A stretch of DNA of 64,000 bases from an uncultured Verrucomicrobiae bacterium (GTDB taxonomy: Bacteria > Verrucomicrobiota > Verrucomicrobiia > Limisphaerales > Palsa-1400), in contig CAVWZG010000003.1 of assembly GCA_963759415.1 (NCBI GenBank), forward strand, positions 799,031 through 863,030, in the 5' to 3' direction. The notes under the pieces were generated by a model, which made no database searches, was not told where the DNA came from, and worked only from the letters and a program-made list of their open reading frames with translations. Within the stretch, counting starts at the first letter, position 1; each line of letters opens with the position of its first letter. Shown here piece after piece: positions 46,589 through 55,985 of this stretch. The position numbers and the translations under genes are program-made.

Positions 46589-47854
46589 GTGAAAACCATT
46601 TACCTTGATATCTTCAGCGGCCTGAGCGGCGATATGTTTATCGGCGCCATGCTGGACCTTGGCCTCGGATTGGATCACCTGGAACGGGAGTTGGCCAAAT
46701 TGCGCGTGGCGGGGTATCACCTGCGCGCCTCGCGCGCCCAGCGCTCACAAATCGAGGGCACGAAGTTTGAGGTCCACCTGGGACACCACCACGGGCGCGC
46801 ACATGGACATGAACACGGACACCAGCATGGCTCCGCCCACGAACACGAACCGGAGCAGGCTCGCGCTTATGCGGACATCCGGCTGTTGATCGCCGGCAGC
46901 GGCCTTTCGGAATGGGTCAAGATGAAAGCCACAGCCGTCTTTCACCGCCTGGCGGTGGCGGAAGGCAAGATCCACGGACAGCCCGCCGAACAAGTTCATT
47001 TCCACGAGGTGGGCGCGCTCGATTCCATCGTGGATATTGTGGGCGCGTGCGTGGCCCTGGAGTTTTTCGGCCAGCCGCGCCTCCTGGCTTCGGCCGTGGT
47101 GGATGGCTCCGGCTGGGTCGATTGCGCTCACGGGCGCTTCCCCATTCCGGCGCCCGCAACCTTGGAAATTCTGGCCGCCCGCGGCGTGCCGATTTCCCAA
47201 TGCGAGGTGCCGCACGAACTGATCACTCCCACCGGCGCGGCCTTGCTGGCCGAGTTTGTGGAGTCGTTCGGTCCGATGCAGGATTTGGCCCCGGACCGCA
47301 TCGGCTTCGGCCTCGGCCAGCGCGACCACAAGACCCGCCCCAACGTGGTGCGCGCCATCCTGGGCCGCAGCGCCGCCGCCACGGCGCACGACTGGGAAAC
47401 CGACATGGTGGCGGTCCTGGAAACAAACCTTGATGATGCCAACCCGGAGTGGTTGGGGCATTTCATGGACAAGGCCATGGCAGCCGGCGCGCTGGACGTC
47501 TGCCAGACGCCGGCTCAAATGAAAAAAAACCGTCCCGGCGTCCTGCTCACGGTGCTGTGCGCACCCTCAGAAGCCGACAAGTTCACGGAATGGATTTTGC
47601 GGCAGACCAGCGCCTTTGGCGTGCGGCGCACCGTGGCCGAACGCCGCAAATTGCGCCGCGAGTTCCGCACCGTGCTGACGCCTTACGGCGAAGTCTCCGT
47701 CAAAATCGGCCAACTCGACGGCGGCATTGTGCAGACCGCGCCGGAATTTGAGTCGTGCAAGAAAGTGGCGGAAGAAAAGTGCGTGCCCTTAAAAACCGTC
47801 TATGAAGCCGCGCTCGCGGCCATCAAACTCGAATTATGCCTGCCAACCAAATAA
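46589..47854 (+). CDS. larC: Nickel insertion protein LarC (His-rich)
   Basis: IYLDIFSGLSGDMFIGAMLDLG. His-rich HLGHHHGRAHGHEHGHQHGSAHEHE. FHEVGALDSIVDIVG. Confidence 0.85.
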   Translation: MKTIYLDIFSGLSGDMFIGAMLDLGLGLDHLERELAKLRVAGYHLRASRAQRSQIEGTKFEVHLGHHHGRAHGHEHGHQHGSAHEHEPEQARAYADIRLLIAGSGLSEWVKMKATAVFHRLAVAEGKIHGQPAEQVHFHEVGALDSIVDIVGACVALEFFGQPRLLASAVVDGSGWVDCAHGRFPIPAPATLEILAARGVPISQCEVPHELITPTGAALLAEFVESFGPMQDLAPDRIGFGLGQRDHKTRPNVVRAILGRSAAATAHDWETDMVAVLETNLDDANPEWLGHFMDKAMAAGALDVCQTPAQMKKNRPGVLLTVLCAPSEADKFTEWILRQTSAFGVRRTVAERRKLRREFRTVLTPYGEVSVKIGQLDGGIVQTAPEFESCKKVAEEKCVPLKTVYEAALAAIKLELCLPTK

Positions 47855-48582
47855 GCGAGTCCGACACCGCCATCCTCAACAGCGATGGGCCTTGTCTGGC
47901 GGTGGTCATCCCCGCCTTCAACGAGGCCGCTACCATCGCCGACGTCATCCAGGCGGTCGCCAGCCAGCCGTTGGTGCGGGAGATCATCATCGTCGATGAC
48001 GCTTCCCATGACGGAACCTGGAAGGTGTTGCAACTGCTGGCCAGGGAGAACCCGGCGCTGCGGCTTTTCCAACACCCGGTCAACCAGGGCAAAGGCGCCG
48101 CCTTGCGCACCGGTTTCGCGCACGTCACCGCCCCGCTGGCCATCGTCCAGGACGCCGACCTCGAATACGACCCAACGGACTACGAAGCCTTGTGCAAGCC
48201 GATTTTGGCCGGCAAGGCCGACGTCGTCATTGGCTCGCGCTTCCTGGGCGCGGGCGCGCACCGGGTGCTTTACTACTGGCATTCGGTCGGCAACCGGCTT
48301 CTGACCACCCTTTCCAACATGGCCACCGACCTCAACCTAAGCGACATGGAAACCGGCTACAAGGTCTTCCGGCGCGGTGTCATTCAGAAAATCCCCATCG
48401 AGGAGGATCGTTTTGGCTTTGAGCCGGAGATCGTGGCCAAGGTCAGCCGAATGAAGGTCCGCATTTACGAGGTCCCCATTTCCTATTACGGCCGCACCTA
48501 CGCCGAAGGCAAAAAGATCGGCTGGCGCGACGGTTTCAGCGCCTTGCGTTGCATCGTTAAATATAATTTACTGCGGAAGTGA
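47836..48582 (+). CDS. Family 2 glycosyltransferase (polyprenyl-phosphate sugar synthase-like)
   Basis: LAVVIPAFNEA ... IIIVDDASHDGT ... NQGKGAALRTG ... VQDADLEYDP. Overlaps the larC 3' end by 19 nt. Confidence 0.85.
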   Translation: MPANQISESDTAILNSDGPCLAVVIPAFNEAATIADVIQAVASQPLVREIIIVDDASHDGTWKVLQLLARENPALRLFQHPVNQGKGAALRTGFAHVTAPLAIVQDADLEYDPTDYEALCKPILAGKADVVIGSRFLGAGAHRVLYYWHSVGNRLLTTLSNMATDLNLSDMETGYKVFRRGVIQKIPIEEDRFGFEPEIVAKVSRMKVRIYEVPISYYGRTYAEGKKIGWRDGFSALRCIVKYNLLRK

Positions 48583-48594
48583 TCCCGCCCCGGC

Positions 48595-49992
48595 TCAAGT
48601 CATCGCGTACTCGTGCTTGGTGATGATGCCGGGCATCGGAATGGGATATTTGCCGTCCGCTCCCGAACGCACCGGCGGCGGCGAATCCATGGTAAACTTG
48701 TCCACCCCGGGCGCATATTCGTTGGGGTGATTGAGCATCTCTTCGTAGGTGATTTCCTGGCCGGTATGGGCGGACATGCGGCCCATCGAGGTCACCAGGC
48801 TGGCTTGGACGCCGTAGGGGACTTCATTGTAGGGCTTGTCATTGCGGATGGCGTCCACCAAGTCGTTCCATTCATTGTCGTACGGATTCTGCTCGGCCTT
48901 GGGGATGTTGGAGGTCCAGGTCATCCTGGCGCGATCCGGGTTCTGGCTGCTGTAGGTGCTGGAGGGCAGCCCGCAGTCACTGTGATGAGCAACGACGGCC
49001 AGGCCTTTGGAGCCGTGCGCGTAACTGGAATAAATGGCATTGCAGCCCTTCGTGCAACGTCCGTCCAGGTACATTTTCGTGCCGTCGGCAAACGTGTATT
49101 CCACCGAATACGAATCAAAATTCTGATCCACGTAGAGCGCCCCATCCGGGCTTTGCTTGTAATGGCGTCCCCCTATCGCCTGGCATTTCACCGGCCAGGA
49201 GTTTTTCATCCAGCAGAGATGATCGATGTGGTGGATATAAAAATCGCTGAAGCAGCCGCCGCCTGCCCACATGAAACAGTGAAAATTCTCCACTTGCCAC
49301 AGCAGTTCACTGGGCTGGCCCGGCCATTTATTGATGAAAGCCGCCGCCAGCATTTCGGCCATGCGGTAGCCGCGCATCAAAATGATCTCACCGAGTTCTC
49401 CGTCCTGGATGCGCTTGTGCAGCTCCTGCAACGCCCGGCTGTGGCGCGACATCAACCCCACTCCCACCTTCAGGTTCTTGGCCGACGCGTCCTCCGCCAG
49501 CTTGAGCATCCGGCGCGAGGTCGGGCCATCGGCTGTCAGCGGCTTCTCCATGAACACGTGCAGCCCCTTCTGGATGGCATACGTAAAATGGACCCAGCGA
49601 AAAGCCATCGGCGTGGCGAAAATCGCAATATCCCCCGGCTTCAAGCAATCCATCGCGTGCTGGTAAGCGTCGAATCCGATGAAGCGGCGCTCCGGCGGCA
49701 CATCCATCTTGGCCGCATACGCCTTGTTCAAAGCGTCGTAGCTGTCGTCGAGCCGTTTGCTGAACACATCGGCCATGGCCACCAGTTTGACGGGGCCGTT
49801 TTTGACCGACATCGCCTGACCGGCCGCGCCGGCGCCGCGGTTACCGGAGCCGATCAAAGCCACTTGTATGGTTTCGTTGCCGGCAGCATGCACGTAAGGC
49901 ACAGCCATTCCCGCCAGGGCGGAAGCAGCCGCCACGCGGCCTGTGGTTTTGATAAATTCCCGGCGTGAGGAGACATTTGTTGATTCGTTCAT
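48595..49992 (-). CDS. Gfo/Idh/MocA-family oxidoreductase with TAT signal
   Basis: SRREFIKTTGRVAAASALAGMAV. Rossmann motif VALIGSGNRG. Alternative start 50037. Confidence 0.85.
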   Translation of the reverse strand: MNESTNVSSRREFIKTTGRVAAASALAGMAVPYVHAAGNETIQVALIGSGNRGAGAAGQAMSVKNGPVKLVAMADVFSKRLDDSYDALNKAYAAKMDVPPERRFIGFDAYQHAMDCLKPGDIAIFATPMAFRWVHFTYAIQKGLHVFMEKPLTADGPTSRRMLKLAEDASAKNLKVGVGLMSRHSRALQELHKRIQDGELGEIILMRGYRMAEMLAAAFINKWPGQPSELLWQVENFHCFMWAGGGCFSDFYIHHIDHLCWMKNSWPVKCQAIGGRHYKQSPDGALYVDQNFDSYSVEYTFADGTKMYLDGRCTKGCNAIYSSYAHGSKGLAVVAHHSDCGLPSSTYSSQNPDRARMTWTSNIPKAEQNPYDNEWNDLVDAIRNDKPYNEVPYGVQASLVTSMGRMSAHTGQEITYEEMLNHPNEYAPGVDKFTMDSPPPVRSGADGKYPIPMPGIITKHEYAMT

Positions 49993-50054
49993 AAGTTGTT
50001 TCAGAGATTGGACGCTTCGAAGCTTTGCTGGCTTCAAATAAACTCAAGTCGCCG

Positions 50055-50282
50055 CTACTCCCCCTCGACGGTGTTGATCCTCAAGTCCAGCCAGGCCTTG
50101 AGGTCGCGCGCGTCGGTGGCCGTGAAGGTCTTGGAAGCCTGGATGCCGTTGCAACCATTGCGGTCCGTTATCTGGCAATTAAAATGCACCGTACACATCA
50201 ACCCGTGCGCGGACGTTTCAAAATCGGCGTGGGTGATGTTCTCGGGGTTGATGAAGCAATCGCCGACTTTAATGAATTTCAT
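50055..50282 (-). CDS. Small hypothetical protein (75 aa, 4 Cys) directly downstream of purE
   Basis: ATG lies 10 nt after the purE stop. No motif I recognise. Confidence 0.35.
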   Translation of the reverse strand: MKFIKVGDCFINPENITHADFETSAHGLMCTVHFNCQITDRNGCNGIQASKTFTATDARDLKAWLDLRINTVEGE

Positions 50283-50292
50283 GGTTGGTGAT

Positions 50293-50793
50293 TCAGGGGA
50301 TGTTGCGATGGGCCAGACCGCGCGCCGTTTGCTTTTGGCGGAATTCCTCGTAGGCCTGGCGAATATGCGGATGTTTGTTGCCCAGGATTGCGGCCGCCAG
50401 CAGGGCGGCGTTGATCGCCCCCGGTTTGCCGATGGCCAATGTCCCCACCGGCACTCCCCCGGGCATCTGCACCATGGACAACAACGAATCCATGCCGTGC
50501 AAAGACTTGGACTCCATGGGCACGCCCAGCACCGGCAGGCACGTCTTGGCCGCCGTCACTCCCGCCAGATGCGCCGCGCCGCCCGCCGCCGCGATGATGA
50601 CTTCCAAGCCGCGCCCCGCCGCGGCCGAGGCCCATTCGAACAACAGATCCGGCGTGCGGTGCGCGGAGATGACCTGGATTTCGTGCGGAATTTGCAGCTC
50701 GGCCAATTGCCGTGCCGCATGCTGCATGGTTTCCCAGTCCGACTGGCTGCCCATGATGACGCCGACGAGCGGATGATCCGGTGCTTCTGCCAT
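50293..50793 (-). CDS. purE: N5-carboxyaminoimidazole ribonucleotide mutase
   Basis: [14 protein letters not shown] ... VISAHRTPD ... [13 protein letters not shown] ... VLGVP ... [13 protein letters not shown]. Confidence 0.92.
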   Translation of the reverse strand: MAEAPDHPLVGVIMGSQSDWETMQHAARQLAELQIPHEIQVISAHRTPDLLFEWASAAAGRGLEVIIAAAGGAAHLAGVTAAKTCLPVLGVPMESKSLHGMDSLLSMVQMPGGVPVGTLAIGKPGAINAALLAAAILGNKHPHIRQAYEEFRQKQTARGLAHRNIP

Positions 50794-50824
50794 GCCGAGA
50801 AGTTTAGAAAGGAAATATTAAATA

Positions 50825-51085
50825 TCAATTGAAATTCAACCGGCTGCTGGACGCGCAGCCATCGAACAATTCTTCCCAACCACAACGAAGCGCCTCGCGC
50901 AAGCGCACCAGTGTTGACAAACTTGGAAAATATTCACCCGCTTCAATGCTTTGAACGTAGCGACCGCTCAAACTCGCTCTCTCCGCAAGTTTTTCCTGAG
51001 TCCAGCCACGACGTGCTCGCAGCGCGGCGATGTTCTTGCCGAACCGCTCGCGGTGCGGACAAGGTTTGGGTTTGCGCGAAGGCAT
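50825..51085 (-). CDS. XRE-family HTH transcriptional regulator
   Basis: FGKNIAALRARRGWTQEKLAERASLSGRYVQSIEAGEYFPSLSTLVRLREAL. ATG 51085 has a GAGAGGA Shine-Dalgarno-like sequence. The longer start is 51139. Confidence 0.8.
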   Translation of the reverse strand: MPSRKPKPCPHRERFGKNIAALRARRGWTQEKLAERASLSGRYVQSIEAGEYFPSLSTLVRLREALRCGWEELFDGCASSSRLNFN

Positions 51086-51245
51086 ACGCAATCCTCTCGA
51101 AAACCGCGAAGATCGAACACGAGGCTTGACATCGTGCATCCTTTTCTGTCAATCTGGCCAGGAAACGGCGAAAAGAATTTAAAACCAGTTCTTGTCAATT
51201 CACGGCAGCAGTGTAAAAAGAACATGTTAATTGAAAGGCACAACC

Positions 51246-51572
51246 ATGAATATCCCCAGGCGCCTGATCGGCCAGGCCGCGATTCTCGCGGTTCTCTCTT
51301 CGTTTTCCATTTTCTCCACGGACACTCAGAACGGCACTACAATATCGCAATCTCCGATAGAAGTAAAGGGTCAATTCCAGGACTACATCAGATTTACCCC
51401 CAATACTTCAGGAAGCATTTATGTTACATTAGGAATTGTGACATGGAATTTGGACGGCAAGATCGCCTGCCAAGGAAGTCCTCCTGCCTGGCAGTTAATG
51501 ATTAACAGCACGCCGGATCCCGTAGGGCCTGACAGTTCCGATAGTTTCCCGGCGTATACCCGTCCTCGGTAA
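51246..51572 (+). CDS. Small secreted protein, unknown function (AT-rich islet)
   Basis: Signal-like MNIPRRLIGQAAILAVLSSFSIFS. No recognisable motif. Confidence 0.45.
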   Translation: MNIPRRLIGQAAILAVLSSFSIFSTDTQNGTTISQSPIEVKGQFQDYIRFTPNTSGSIYVTLGIVTWNLDGKIACQGSPPAWQLMINSTPDPVGPDSSDSFPAYTRPR

Positions 51573-51577
51573 ATCAA

Positions 51578-52195
51578 ATGGCATTCTTTATGCGATACAC
51601 ACTAATCATGGCTATCGCGTTTGTGGCCTCGCTCGCAACAAACGCTCAATCCTCGCATGAGAATCAGCTAATACGATCAAAGCCTGTTGATGATCTGGTT
51701 CAGGAAGTCTGGTTACGGAAAACACTTGGGATTCTGTACAGCACCAGTTATATTCGGTACGATTGGTTGACTCTTAGCAACCAACAGATGGCCGTGTATT
51801 TGCCAACAGCCGAATATGCTTGTTTCGCTCAAATGTTCAATTCCGCCAGTAACGCCATATCACTCCGGTGGAGTTTTAGAAATTTGGGAAAACATTTCTT
51901 TGATTTGAAGTATCCCTCAATCGAGCAGCCGTGGAATGCGATTAAAAAAACGATCAGCATCAGGCCCGCTCACGGTACGCAGGCGGCGGCGGCCGATTTT
52001 GTCATCGCCAGCCTCGACTTTGGCGGAGGGCAGTCTTTTTATAACCTTGAGGATTTATTTCAGATGAAAAGGCCTGGCCGCTACACAGTTAGACTGCAGT
52101 TTCAAGCATACGAAAGAATTTATAAAGGCGGACAGAACTTTGCTTTTAAACTGGAGCGTTTTGATCCTGTGGAGTTTTCCGTCACGAAACAGTGA
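51578..52195 (+). CDS. Secreted protein, unknown function (AT-rich islet)
   Basis: Signal peptide MRYTLIMAIAFVASLATNAQS. No recognisable motif. Confidence 0.5.
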   Translation: MAFFMRYTLIMAIAFVASLATNAQSSHENQLIRSKPVDDLVQEVWLRKTLGILYSTSYIRYDWLTLSNQQMAVYLPTAEYACFAQMFNSASNAISLRWSFRNLGKHFFDLKYPSIEQPWNAIKKTISIRPAHGTQAAAADFVIASLDFGGGQSFYNLEDLFQMKRPGRYTVRLQFQAYERIYKGGQNFAFKLERFDPVEFSVTKQ

Positions 52196-52282
52196 GGTGT
52201 AAGAACTTTGTCGTGCGGCTCTTCGCTCATTTTCACGCAAAAAGCATTTCAGTTCCCATGACTTTGTATTACAACAAGCTGC

Positions 52283-54400
52283 ATGAAGAAAAACGCCGCC
52301 GCCGTGAAATTTTGCGCCACCATCCTCCTGCTCGTCGCTGCTTTTTTGTGCCGGGAGGCGCGGGCTGGACGCGTCACCTTGTCGCTGGACGGAAACTGGC
52401 AAGTGGCGGAGGGAACGATGGACGCGGCGCCGGCCGTCTTTGAACACGTGGCGCCGGTGCCGGGGCTGGTTTCGCTGGCTTCGCCGCCCTTTGTCGAACC
52501 GGGACCCAAGGTCACCAATGGCTCCAGCCGCCCGCAGAAGGACCCGCGGCGGGATGCGTTCTGGTATCGGCGCACGTTTGAAATTTCCGGCCCGAGCCCG
52601 GCGGTGGCGACGCTGAAAATTTCCAAGGCGATGTTCGGGACGCGCGTTTTTCTGAACGGAGAATTGCTGGGGGATCATGCGCCGTGTTTCACGCCGGGAT
52701 ATTTCGATGCCAAAAGCGCGTTGAAGTCTGGCCGAAATGAGCTGGTTGTCCGCGTCGGCGCGGATCGCGATGCGGTGGGGCGCGCGCTGCCTGATGGTTT
52801 TGATTTCGAGAAGCGACGCTACATTCCCGGCATTTTTGACTCGGTGGAATTGATCCTGTCGGGCGCGCCGAATTTCGAGAGCGTGCAGATTGCGCCCGAC
52901 ATCAACGCCCGCGTGGCGCGCGTGCAGGCCAAGCTGCGCAATGCGGGCGGGCCTGTGAAAGCGTCTTGCACCTTCACGGTGCGGGAAGCAAAAAGCGGCA
53001 AGGTCGTGGGCAGAATCGCGGACGTGCCGGTCGAGGCGGCGAAAGGCGGCGAAACCACGGTGAACGTGCGAATTCCAATAGCCGGTTGCCGTCTGTGGTC
53101 GCCCGAGAACCCGTTCCTTTACACGCTGGAAGCGGACAGTGGCGCGGACCGTTTTCAGACGCGATTCGGGATGCGTGAATTCAGTTTCGATCCGGCGACG
53201 GGCCGGGCGATGCTCAACGGCAGGCCCTATTTCATGCGCGGGAGCAACTTCACGCTCTATCGCTTTTTCGAGGACAGCGAATGCGGCCGACTGCCGTGGG
53301 ACCAAAAGTGGGTTCGCCTGTTGCACCGGCGCGTGAAGGAAATGCGCTGGAACTCCCTCCGCTACTGCATCGGCTTTCCGCCGGAGGCCTGGTATGACGC
53401 GGCCGACGAGGCCGGCATCCTGATTGACGACGAATTCCCGATCTGGTTTGGCGGCCACGCGCCCGGCGAGTTGCGAAGCGGCGAATTGGCGAAGGAATAC
53501 GCGGAATGGATGCGCGAACATTGGAATCATCCCTGCGTCGCCATCTGGGACGCGTGCAACGAAACGGCCTGCCCCGAAACCGCCGCCGCCATCAAGTCGG
53601 TCCGCGCCCTGGACCTTTCGCATCGTCCGTGGGACGACGGCTACACCGCGCCGCAGGAACCGGGGGATATGCTCGAATCGCACCCGTATCATTTTAATGA
53701 TGCGAATTTCAAACTGGCCAACCTCGCCACCAACGACGGGGTCCCGCGGGGAAACCCCGTCCGCAACGACGGAATGCACGCGGTTGTGATCAACGAATAC
53801 GGTTGGCTCTGGCTTAATCGCGACGGCACGCCGACGACCCTCACGAAGCGGCTTTATCAAAATCTGCTCGGAACCAATTCCACCACGGCGGAGCGTTTTC
53901 ACCTGCAAGCCACCTATGTCGCCGCCGAAACGGAATTCTGGCGCGCCCATCGCGGCGCCGCGGCCGTGTTGCACTTCACCGCCCTTGGCTACGCGCGCCC
54001 CGACGGCCAGACAAGCGATCATTGGACGAAAGGCGGCGTGGCCACGCTCCAATGGGAGCCGGAATTTTACAAATACGTCCGCGACGCCTTCGCGCCCGTC
54101 GGGTTGATGATTGATTTTTGGAACAACACGCCAGCCGCCGGTGGCCGTGCCCGGGTGCCGGTCACGCTGATCAACGATCTTTACCAGCCCTGGCATGGGC
54201 CGGTGACATTGCGCGTGAAACGCGGCCATCGAGTGTTGGTGGAAACGAAACAGAACGCGCGCCTCGAACCGCTCGGCGCGACGAACATCGTTTTCGACAT
54301 CACCTGGCCGGCGCAAACCGGGCCGTGCGTTCTGGAAGCGGAATTGCACGGAGCGGATGGCCAGCCGGTGCATAGCGCGCGCGATACGGAAATTCGTTGA
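52283..54400 (+). CDS. Glycoside hydrolase family 2-like enzyme, secreted
   Basis: GH2 N-domain: GNWQVAEG, FWYRRTF, VFLNGELLGDH ... GRNELVVRV. TIM barrel: HPCVAIWDACNE and VINEYGW. Confidence 0.75.
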   Translation: MKKNAAAVKFCATILLLVAAFLCREARAGRVTLSLDGNWQVAEGTMDAAPAVFEHVAPVPGLVSLASPPFVEPGPKVTNGSSRPQKDPRRDAFWYRRTFEISGPSPAVATLKISKAMFGTRVFLNGELLGDHAPCFTPGYFDAKSALKSGRNELVVRVGADRDAVGRALPDGFDFEKRRYIPGIFDSVELILSGAPNFESVQIAPDINARVARVQAKLRNAGGPVKASCTFTVREAKSGKVVGRIADVPVEAAKGGETTVNVRIPIAGCRLWSPENPFLYTLEADSGADRFQTRFGMREFSFDPATGRAMLNGRPYFMRGSNFTLYRFFEDSECGRLPWDQKWVRLLHRRVKEMRWNSLRYCIGFPPEAWYDAADEAGILIDDEFPIWFGGHAPGELRSGELAKEYAEWMREHWNHPCVAIWDACNETACPETAAAIKSVRALDLSHRPWDDGYTAPQEPGDMLESHPYHFNDANFKLANLATNDGVPRGNPVRNDGMHAVVINEYGWLWLNRDGTPTTLTKRLYQNLLGTNSTTAERFHLQATYVAAETEFWRAHRGAAAVLHFTALGYARPDGQTSDHWTKGGVATLQWEPEFYKYVRDAFAPVGLMIDFWNNTPAAGGRARVPVTLINDLYQPWHGPVTLRVKRGHRVLVETKQNARLEPLGATNIVFDITWPAQTGPCVLEAELHGADGQPVHSARDTEIR

Positions 54401-54412
54401 TCAGAATATATC

Positions 54413-54438
54413 ATGATTAAGATTAGAACTAAGAGAGG
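54413..54438. repeat. Half-copy of the TTAAGATTAG repeat element (ATGATTAAGATTAG ... GAGAGG)
   Basis: 14-nt identity with 55750-55763. Lies between the GH2 stop and the thiH start. Confidence 0.6.
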
Positions 54439-54494
54439 ACTGCGCTGGCCAAGTCAGCCCTCGACTTTCCGTCTTTTTTGATTATGATGGCAGG

Positions 54495-55724
54495 GTGAGT
54501 TTTGTTCGTGAGTTAAACGCGCTTCCTCTCAATGACCTGCTGCAATGCTCGTTGGAAGCCACGCCGGCCCAGGTGCGCCAGGCGCTGGATAATCCGCGCC
54601 CGGCCCTGGCGGACTTTGCGCGCCTGATCTCCCCCGCCGCCGCCTCCTGCCTGGAGGATTTGGCCCGCCGTTCGCAGGCGCTGACCCGCCGGCGTTTCGG
54701 CAAGGTGGTCGGCCTTTTCGCCCCGCTCTACCTCTCCAACGAGTGCGTCAATAATTGCAAATACTGCGGCTTTTCCCGCGACAATCCCATTTTGCGCGTG
54801 ACTCTCAGCGTCGAGGATGTCCTGCGCGAGGGGCGGGCGCTGCGGGAACTGGGTTTTCGCAATATTCTCCTCGTCGCGGGCGAACATCCCAAGTTTGTCT
54901 CCGGGGCTTACCTGGCCGATTGCATCCGCGTCTTGCGCGCCGAGGCGCCCAGCATCTCCCTGGAGCTGGGGCCGATGGAAACGGAGGATTACGTGCCGCT
55001 GGTGCAGGCTGGCGCGGACGGCCTGGTAGTTTTTCAGGAAACTTATGACCGCGGCGTCTATGCCGAGATGCACACCTCGGGGCCGAAACGCAATTTCGAG
55101 TGGCGCCTGGAAACGCCCGAACGCGGTTACGCGGCCGGTTTCCGCCGGTTGGGCATCGGCGCTTTGTACGGTTTGAACGATTGGCGGCGGGAAGCGATCA
55201 GCCTCGCGGCGCACGCGGAGCACCTTTTGCGGCATTGTTGGAAGGCCCAACTTTCGGTTTCCCTGCCCCGCCTGCGCCCGTGCGCGGGCGAATTCCAGCC
55301 GCCCGTCCCCATGTCCGAACGCGACTTGGTGCAATTGTCTTGCGCCCTGCGCCTCTTGCTGCCGGACGCCGGCCTCGTGCTTTCGACTCGTGAATCACCA
55401 AAGTTTCGCGACGGCCTGATTCCGCTCGGCATCACTTCGATCAGCGCGGGCAGCCACACCGAGCCGGGAGGCTACACGGGCGCGGGCCGCGAAAAATTGC
55501 ACCACACGCAACGCGGACACAGAATAGATTTGGCCGCCAACTCCAGCGAATTCGACTCCGGCGCGACGGGCCAGTTTGACATCGCCGACGACCGGTCTCC
55601 GGCCGCGGTGGCGGAATTGCTGCGCCGCCTGGGTTACGACCCGGTGTGGAAGGATTGGGACGCCACGCTGACTTCAGTTCCTAATCTTAATCCTAATCTT
55701 AATCCTTCTCCCGTCGCCGATTAA
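54495..55724 (+). CDS. thiH: 2-iminoacetate synthase ThiH (radical SAM)
   Basis: LYLSNECVNNCKYCGFSR. GTG start. thiS follows. The last ~14 codons (PNLNPNLNPSPVAD) lie inside a palindromic repeat. Confidence 0.85.
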   Translation: MSFVRELNALPLNDLLQCSLEATPAQVRQALDNPRPALADFARLISPAAASCLEDLARRSQALTRRRFGKVVGLFAPLYLSNECVNNCKYCGFSRDNPILRVTLSVEDVLREGRALRELGFRNILLVAGEHPKFVSGAYLADCIRVLRAEAPSISLELGPMETEDYVPLVQAGADGLVVFQETYDRGVYAEMHTSGPKRNFEWRLETPERGYAAGFRRLGIGALYGLNDWRREAISLAAHAEHLLRHCWKAQLSVSLPRLRPCAGEFQPPVPMSERDLVQLSCALRLLLPDAGLVLSTRESPKFRDGLIPLGITSISAGSHTEPGGYTGAGREKLHHTQRGHRIDLAANSSEFDSGATGQFDIADDRSPAAVAELLRRLGYDPVWKDWDATLTSVPNLNPNLNPSPVAD

Positions 55725-55764
55725 GATGAGACGAGAGGAGATTAAGATTATGATTAAGATTAGG
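55680..55764. repeat. AT-rich palindromic intergenic element (CCTAATCTTAATC x2 / GATTAAGATTAGG x2 arms)
   Basis: Arms pair over 13 + 11 bp with one mismatch, plus further partial pairing. The thiH stop codon sits in the loop. The right arm ends AGGAGAGG, 8 nt upstream of the thiS GTG. Confidence 0.75.
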
Positions 55765-55775
55765 AGAGGGCTTTC

Positions 55776-55985
55776 GTGAACGACCACTTCGTCATCGCTA
55801 ACGGGGAGAAAATTCCCGTCCAGATTCCCTGCTCCATCGAGCAGTTCCTGAAGGCGCGGCGGCTCCTCCCCCGTAGCGTCGTGGTCGAACATAACGGCCA
55901 GGCGGTGGCGCCTTCGGAGTTTTGCCAGCGCCCGCTGGCGGCTGGCGACCGACTGGAAATCGTCAACATCGTCGCCGGTGGATGA
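55776..55985 (+). CDS. thiS: Sulfur-carrier protein ThiS
   Basis: 69 aa, ubiquitin-like length, ending ...IVNIVAGG. Confidence 0.85.
   Translation: MNDHFVIANGEKIPVQIPCSIEQFLKARRLLPRSVVVEHNGQAVAPSEFCQRPLAAGDRLEIVNIVAGG

Noticed and set aside
46780-46865. CAC/GGN-rich low-complexity stretch
   Set aside because: It encodes the His-rich metal-binding segment of LarC (HHHGRAHGHEHGHQHGSAHEHE). It is a feature of the family, not a microsatellite.
52055-54373. 772-aa minus-strand ORF opposite the GH2 gene
   Set aside because: Shadow ORF. It has an Arg/Gly/Ala/Pro-biased composition and no motifs, while the + strand frame carries clear GH2 signatures.
54401-54494. Expected TPP (THI-box) riboswitch upstream of thiH
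   Set aside because: I could not find the conserved CUGAGA / pyrimidine-sensor helix motifs by eye. The region contains only the AT-rich repeat half-copy and a T-run. A covariance-model scan is needed to be certain.
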